From positions 192,001 to 256,000 of the forward strand of contig OZ251997.1 of the NCBI GenBank assembly GCA_965247095.1: a stretch of DNA of 64,000 nt, given 5' to 3'. This stretch comes from Candidatus Multivorans sp. (GTDB taxonomy: Bacteria > Acidobacteriota > Thermoanaerobaculia > Multivoradales > Multivoraceae). The notes under the pieces are model-generated. The model was not told where the DNA came from. It was given only the letters and a program-made list of their open reading frames with translations, and did no database searches. Of this stretch, positions 56,792 to 64,000 are shown piece after piece. The position numbers were made by a program, and so were the translations under genes. The number at the start of each line of letters is the position of its first letter. The stretch's first letter is position 1.

Positions 56792-56813
56792 TCGGTGTCC
56801 TCCAAGGGTTCGA

Positions 56814-57893
56814 TCAGTCACCGCTGCCCGCTCCGGTGCTGGCGGTCTTGCCGGACAGCACGTCGGACTCGAGCACCCGGGCGCCGCGCAACGTGCCGCC
56901 CATCGAGTAGTTGCCTTCGTGGCACGCGTACTCGTAGACGTTCACGGGGCTGCGCTTCCAGATGTACTCACCGGACCAGGGGACGTCCCAGGTTGCCGGA
57001 TCCTCGATCGTGAACTGGTAGAGGATGTCGCCGTTCGGCTGCAGCGTGAGGCGCTCCGTGACGTGGGACTCCTGGGTGGCGCTGCGCAGCACCGCCTTGG
57101 GATGGAAGTTCCTCGAGTCGATGACGAGGGTGTCGCCTTCCCACCAGCCGACCGAGTGGCCTAGCCACTTCCGCTCCGTAGGATCCGGATGCTCGGCGTT
57201 CAGGCGCACGATGCGGGCGTCGTGGACCATCTCGATGAGGATCATGACGTGGTCCTCGGTCTGCACGACGCGCTTGAAGTTGTTGTAGAGGCTCGGGAAG
57301 GTCGGCGTGGCGCCGGTGAAGCCGACGATGCAGCGCTCGGTGACGGGCAGCGTCTCGGGGCCGTCGTAGGGACCGTGGCCGTCGATCTCGAGCCACCAGG
57401 CAGAGCCGTCGTTGGGGCGCCGCAGCCGGGCGCGCTCAGCGGCCCTCGCCTTGCCGGCCTCGGTCATCTCCGGCATGCGGCCGTTCGGAGGATCGAAGAT
57501 GATCGAAGTACGAAACTTGCCGTCGACCGCGAATGCCTCGGTCCCGGTCTCGACCCAGAATCGGTTGTAGCCGCCCACGTTGCCGGCGCCGCCCGTCGTC
57601 CCGTCGCCGCCGGCTGGCGGCGGCTTGCGGTTCGGATCGGAAATCTGGTGCCGGTCGGCGGCGTACTGGGCCGCCTCCGCCTCGATCTTCGCGGCGTCTT
57701 CCGGAGAAAGGAAGAGGTTCTCGCCGTACTCCTCGGGCCGCTGGAGCGGTGTCAGGGTGCCGGCGTCGAAGGTGCCGGTCAGGTCGGGCTTACCGTTGGC
57801 GGCACGCTTGATCTCGCCTTCGGCGGCTAGCGTCGGCGCCGCGATCAGCAGCACGACGATGGCGGTCAGGGCCGCGGGGACTCGGAGTCTCAT
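56814..57893 (-). CDS. secreted hypothetical protein, paralog 3 of 3
   Basis: 359 aa; same motifs, including YEYACHEGNY. Confidence 0.85.
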   Translation of the reverse strand: MRLRVPAALTAIVVLLIAAPTLAAEGEIKRAANGKPDLTGTFDAGTLTPLQRPEEYGENLFLSPEDAAKIEAEAAQYAADRHQISDPNRKPPPAGGDGTTGGAGNVGGYNRFWVETGTEAFAVDGKFRTSIIFDPPNGRMPEMTEAGKARAAERARLRRPNDGSAWWLEIDGHGPYDGPETLPVTERCIVGFTGATPTFPSLYNNFKRVVQTEDHVMILIEMVHDARIVRLNAEHPDPTERKWLGHSVGWWEGDTLVIDSRNFHPKAVLRSATQESHVTERLTLQPNGDILYQFTIEDPATWDVPWSGEYIWKRSPVNVYEYACHEGNYSMGGTLRGARVLESDVLSGKTASTGAGSGD

Positions 57894-57955
57894 TCGGTGT
57901 CCTCCTTCTTTGACTGGATTCGGGGAGTGTACCGGAAGGCGGCGCGCCTTCGGCG

Positions 57956-59005
57956 TCAGGGCGACGGCTTGGAGCGCTCGATCCGCCGCCTCGGAAGCGG
58001 CCGTTCCGGCACGTCCTCGAGCAGGCCGCCGTGGCCGAGCGACGTGATGTCGCGGCGCGTCAATCGATCGCCTGCCAACAGGCGGGGCAGCACCAGGTCG
58101 ACGATGTTCCGCTTCGGACTCCGCGCGCAGCCGGGGGCGCCGAGAACGGGGGTGCCGCCCAGTTCGGCGAGCAGGAGCAGGTTGCCGGGATCGACCGGGG
58201 CGCCGTAGCAGATCACCGTGCCGCCCGCGGCCTCGATTGCGCTCGGAGCCAGGTCGTGGCGGTCCTGGATGGCCGTCTCGCCGGCCAGCACGACGAGATC
58301 GACGGTGGGCGCGAGCCGGGCCGCGGCGAGGGTCAGGCTTTCCACGCCCCGGTCGCCGTCAAGGGGTACGAAGCGGACCTCCGAGAGCTCGCTGTTCAGC
58401 AGCTCGAGCCGCTGCCTGAACGCGTTTTCGAAGCCGTGGACCAGGCGGTCCCGGCCCTCGGACTGGCCCCTTCCCACGGTGCCCGAGACGATCAGGCCGG
58501 CGCGCCGCGGCGCCAGCCGGTCGACCCGGATCACAGGTGCTGCCGCGACTCTCTCGGCTGCGGCCACGGTCTTTTCGGGCACGGCGTAGGGGAGGATCTT
58601 GGTCGTTGCCACCATCTTGCCGGCGCGGGCCACGCTGTGATTCGGGAGCGTGGCCAGGGTTACGCCCTCGCAGTCGTTGATCCGGTCCAGGGCTTCGGCG
58701 TCGACACGCAGAACGCCCAGCTCGCGGGCGTGGAAGTTCACGCGGCCCGTGGTCGAGCCGCGCCGGGTCAGTCCCGCTCCGGCGACCACCTCGGCGACTC
58801 GCCGCGCGGCTTCGTCCTCGTCGACGTCTCCCGGTTCGAGACGGGCCGCGAACACCCTGTCCCGGCCCAGATCAGCCAGAAGCAGAAGTTCCGCCTCGCC
58901 CAACGCCCGGCCCTTGCGTAGCACGCGGCGTCCGGAGTCGTCATGGACGTTGTGCCCCAGGATTGTCCCCAGGGCGTCGCCAAGCGCGGTGGTTTCAAAC
59001 TTCAT
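57956..59005 (-). CDS. molybdopterin-binding (MoeA-like) protein
   Basis: Start MKFETTAL; LRKGR.L, D..ED.AA, TGRVN, GAPVDPGNLLLL, GAPGCARSPK, GHGGLL. Confidence 0.85.
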   Translation of the reverse strand: MKFETTALGDALGTILGHNVHDDSGRRVLRKGRALGEAELLLLADLGRDRVFAARLEPGDVDEDEAARRVAEVVAGAGLTRRGSTTGRVNFHARELGVLRVDAEALDRINDCEGVTLATLPNHSVARAGKMVATTKILPYAVPEKTVAAAERVAAAPVIRVDRLAPRRAGLIVSGTVGRGQSEGRDRLVHGFENAFRQRLELLNSELSEVRFVPLDGDRGVESLTLAAARLAPTVDLVVLAGETAIQDRHDLAPSAIEAAGGTVICYGAPVDPGNLLLLAELGGTPVLGAPGCARSPKRNIVDLVLPRLLAGDRLTRRDITSLGHGGLLEDVPERPLPRRRIERSKPSP

Positions 59006-59057
59006 CGACCGGTGGACGCGGCGCGTCCTCGGCGTCAACTCGCGTTCTCGCCGAGCC

Positions 59058-59471
59058 CTACCCGCCGAGGTTCAGGAGCATCTGGCCGACGAGAAGGCTG
59101 ACGAGCATGAGCGTCATGCCCTGCATCCACCGCAGCGCGACCATCTCGCCCTTGAGCCCCTTGAGGGTCGCCAGTTCGATGCGGACTGCGCCAATCTCGT
59201 CCTTGAACTCGTCGCGGGTGACGAACCGGGAGAGTGCGGACTTGAACTCCGCCCTGATCTCCGTCTTCAGTTCCGTCTTGAGTTCCGCCTTGAGTTGGAT
59301 CAGGTCGTCCTTCGTGGCGAGGTTGGCGAGGTCTTCCTTCCAGGCGAAACGCTGGCTGGCCTTCTCGAAGGCCTCGACCAGGGCGTCGGCGGTGACCGGC
59401 GTGACGCCGGCCTGGATCAACTCGCTTTGGGTCACGATCGGGATACGGGTTGCTGTTGCGGTTGTCGGCAT
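59058..59471 (-). CDS. small coiled-coil protein with C-terminal TM (DUF1640/CCDC90-like)
   Basis: LATKDDL, ELKTELKTEI repeats, hydrophobic LRWM tail. Confidence 0.65.
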   Translation of the reverse strand: MPTTATATRIPIVTQSELIQAGVTPVTADALVEAFEKASQRFAWKEDLANLATKDDLIQLKAELKTELKTEIRAEFKSALSRFVTRDEFKDEIGAVRIELATLKGLKGEMVALRWMQGMTLMLVSLLVGQMLLNLGG

Positions 59472-59716
59472 GGTGCGGTGACCTTTCGGGGAGGGTCGCC
59501 GCCTTTCGTGCCAGTCAGTCTAACCGCTGGCGGCGTCGGGCGGCAAAGCGTGGCCGTTGCCGCGGTCCTCCTTCGGAACCGCGGTCCTTCTACAGGACAG
59601 GGACGGATTTCGGGCCGTCTTCCTGGGTCGGCCGGGCGGGAGCGGACGGTCGGCGCCCCGGGCGGGGCCGAACCCTGGGAACTCCAGGCCTGCCGCGGCG
59701 TTACACTTCCAGCTTC

Positions 59717-60871
59717 ATGCCTTCCGACAACTACGGCCGGATCGACGACTGGCGCGACGAGCTCATCGAGTGGCGCCGCGACTTCCACCGCCACCCGGAA
59801 CTCGCCTTCGAGGAGGAACGGACGGCGGGCATCGTCGCGGAGCGTCTCCGCTCCTTCGGCGTCGATGTCCATGAGGGGATCGCGAAGACCGGGGTCATAG
59901 GAACCCTCCGCGCCGGCAGTTCGGATCGCGCGGTGGCGTTGCGGGCCGACATGGACGCGCTGCCCATCGACGAGAAGAACCAGTTCGGGCACCGCTCGAC
60001 GGCGCCGGGGAAGATGCATGCCTGCGGGCACGACGGCCACACCGCGATGCTGCTTGGAGCGGCCCGCTATCTGGCGGAGACACAGAACTTCGACGGTACG
60101 GTCCAGCTCATCTTCCAGCCCGCGGAGGAGAAGGACGGCGGCGCCGGGGTCATGGTCCGCGAGGGCCTGTTCGAGCGCTTTCCGGCCGACAAGGTTTTCG
60201 GTCTGCACAACTTCCCCGGCGTACGCACGGGCGCGTTCGCGACCAACAGCGGACCGTTCATGGCCGCGATCGACCAGTTCGAGATCGAGATCCGCGGGCG
60301 GGGCACCCACGGCGCCTGGCCGCAAAGCGGCATCGACCCGATCGTCGCCGCGTCCCAGGTCGTGCTCGGTCTGCAGACCCTGGTGTCGCGCAACGTCGAC
60401 CCCCGGCGCCGGGCCGTCGTCTCGGTGACGATGAGCCACGCCGGCGACGCCTTCAACGTGATCCCCGAGACGGCCTACCTGGCGGGGGGCGTGCGGTCCT
60501 TCCTGCGAGAGGTCCAGGAGACGCTCGAACTCGGATTGAAGCGGGTCGTCCACGGCATCTGCGCGGCCCACGGCGCATCGGCCAAGGTGGACTACCAGCG
60601 CTACTACCCGACGACGGTCAACGCGCCCCGCGAGACCGAGGAAATGACCGCCGCGGCGCGCAGCATGGGCTGGGAGGTCGACGCCGAGATGGAGCCGCTG
60701 ATGGGTTCCGACGACTTCGCGTTTCTGGCCCAAGAGCGGCCGGGGTCCTTCATGATGATCGGCAACGGCGACAGCGAGATGCTGCACACGCCGAGGTACG
60801 ACTTCAACGACGAGTTGCTGACCGTCGGCGCCAAGTACTGGGCTCGCCTGACCGAGAGCCAGCTTTCTTAG
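59717..60871 (+). CDS. M20 family amidohydrolase (hippurate hydrolase-like)
   Basis: RRDFHRHPELAFEE, LRADMDALP, MHACGHDGH, FQPAEE, LHTPRYDFND. Confidence 0.93.
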   Translation: MPSDNYGRIDDWRDELIEWRRDFHRHPELAFEEERTAGIVAERLRSFGVDVHEGIAKTGVIGTLRAGSSDRAVALRADMDALPIDEKNQFGHRSTAPGKMHACGHDGHTAMLLGAARYLAETQNFDGTVQLIFQPAEEKDGGAGVMVREGLFERFPADKVFGLHNFPGVRTGAFATNSGPFMAAIDQFEIEIRGRGTHGAWPQSGIDPIVAASQVVLGLQTLVSRNVDPRRRAVVSVTMSHAGDAFNVIPETAYLAGGVRSFLREVQETLELGLKRVVHGICAAHGASAKVDYQRYYPTTVNAPRETEEMTAAARSMGWEVDAEMEPLMGSDDFAFLAQERPGSFMMIGNGDSEMLHTPRYDFNDELLTVGAKYWARLTESQLS

Positions 60872-61041
60872 AAACCGTCGAAACAAAGCCGGCGGCTGCG
60901 GCGTATTCCCTGGTGACGCGGGCAGTTGCCGGGCCCCTTGCCAATGGACGCCGCTTGGCGGCGAAGGCCCCCGCGCTCCGTCCACCCACCGGTCCGAAGA
61001 CAACGTCCGAAAGCCACGCTTCCAAACAAACGAGCAACCTG

Positions 61042-62217
61042 ATGCCGTACACAAACCGAACCCGAGCGGCCACAGTTCCAGCGAACTGGGCGCCGTTTGT
61101 CCTCATCGCCCTACTGCTTCTGCCCTTCGCGGCCGGCTGCGCGTTCGATAGCGGCGTGGCCGGCGAGCCGCCCCCAGCCGACACGGCCAGCCCGGTCGAC
61201 GACGACGCGATTCCCGTCGCGGCGCTGCCCATGTTCCGCGGCCGAATCGAATCCGTGCTCCGCTTCTCGACCAACCTCGAGGCGGAGAACCGGGTCGACG
61301 TGCTCACCGAGACCGAGCGCCACGTCACCGACCTCCTGGTCGAAGAGGGCGACTCGGTGCGCGCCGGCCAGACCCTGCTGCTACTCGAAGACGAGGCGCA
61401 ACGGACGGCCCTCAGGAGGGTCCAGAGCCAACTCGCCCGCTCGCGGCTGGAGTACGAGCGCCAGAAGCGCCTCTTCGAGCAGGACCTGATCAGCGAACAG
61501 GCGTACAACCAGGCGCGCTACGACACGGAGCAGCTCGAACTCGCGCTGGAAGACTCCGAGCGCGAGCTCAGCTACGCGACCGTCACGGCGCCGATTTCCG
61601 GCATCGTCACCGAGCGCCTTGTGAACCTCGGCGACCATGTCGAGACCCACGCCAAGCTGTTCGAGATCGTCGACTTCGACTCCATCGTGGCGCGCGTGTT
61701 CGTGCCGGAGCGCCAGTTGCCGGCGCTGTTCGTGGGCCAGCCGGCGCGAGTGCTGGCGCAGTCTCTCGACGGCTCGCACCAGGCGAGAGTCGAACGCATC
61801 TCGCCGGAGGTGGACCCGCGGAGCGGCACGGTCAAGGTGACCCTCGACATTCCCGGCGACCAGGGGCTGCTGCCGGGCATGTACGTCGAGGTCGACCTGG
61901 TGGCCGCGGTCGAGGAGGACGCCCTGCTGGCGCCGAAGCGGGCTCTGGTCTACGACCAGGAGCAGGTCTTCGTGTTCCGGGTCACCGAGGGCGCCGAGGG
62001 CCCGCGCGCCGAACGCCTGTTGGTGCACATTCTGATCGAGAGCGAGGACGTGGTTCAACTGGCCGGTGATCTGGCCGAAGGCCAGCGCCTGATCGTGGCC
62101 GGGCAGGCCGGACTCAAGGACGGCGCCCGCGTCCGCCTGCTCGATCCGGCCGAGGCGCTGGGCTCGGCGGCGGAGCTGGGCGCCCGGTCGGCCCCGAGCT
62201 ACCAGCCCGCGAGCTGA
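61042..62217 (+). CDS. RND efflux periplasmic adaptor subunit
   Basis: FAAGC lipobox, VEEGD.V..GQ.L, APISGIV, VDPRSGTVKV, LLPGMYV. Confidence 0.9.
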   Translation: MPYTNRTRAATVPANWAPFVLIALLLLPFAAGCAFDSGVAGEPPPADTASPVDDDAIPVAALPMFRGRIESVLRFSTNLEAENRVDVLTETERHVTDLLVEEGDSVRAGQTLLLLEDEAQRTALRRVQSQLARSRLEYERQKRLFEQDLISEQAYNQARYDTEQLELALEDSERELSYATVTAPISGIVTERLVNLGDHVETHAKLFEIVDFDSIVARVFVPERQLPALFVGQPARVLAQSLDGSHQARVERISPEVDPRSGTVKVTLDIPGDQGLLPGMYVEVDLVAAVEEDALLAPKRALVYDQEQVFVFRVTEGAEGPRAERLLVHILIESEDVVQLAGDLAEGQRLIVAGQAGLKDGARVRLLDPAEALGSAAELGARSAPSYQPAS

Positions 62218-62257
62218 CTCCTACTGCTAGAAGTGCGATAGCGAGAGGAGCGGCGTT

Positions 62258-64000
<1,743 letters not shown>

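Overview
GC-rich bacterial chromosome segment. The gene content (carboxypeptidase-domain TonB receptor, VWA-like, BNR/VPS10, sulfatase-TPR and PQQ-propeller secreted proteins) suggests Acidobacteriota; this is an inference. The backbone carries tesB, an MrpA-less mrpEFG-DUF4040-BCDD antiporter operon, an S9 peptidase, a PfkB kinase, an acyl-CoA ligase, an S1/P1 nuclease, an orphan Zn-independent rpsN, pyrE, mog, a penicillin-acylase-like protein, a MoeA-like protein, an M20 amidohydrolase and the start of an RND pump. Four things stand out. (1) A decayed mobile/defence island (~50.1-55.7 kb) sits inside a triplicated gene array. Its only long intact genes are an ApeA-type HEPN protein and a DUF5677-like protein, preceded on the same strand by a defective tRNA-Val(CAC)-like element closed by an extra 10-bp stem. 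This is the best candidate for an undescribed RNA-plus-HEPN system. (2) A TTQ amine dehydrogenase cluster (mauBEDA plus cytochrome c, no mauG or amicyanin in the window) is divergently linked to a TonB-dependent receptor and a Tat lipoprotein. (3) Two families of small palindromic repeats sit mostly at CTAG stop codons, and a piece of one is also read in frame inside a gene. (4) A duplicated PQQ-propeller gene has a collapsed relic of two GNAT genes behind its second copy. All family calls come from motif recognition by eye, not database searches.
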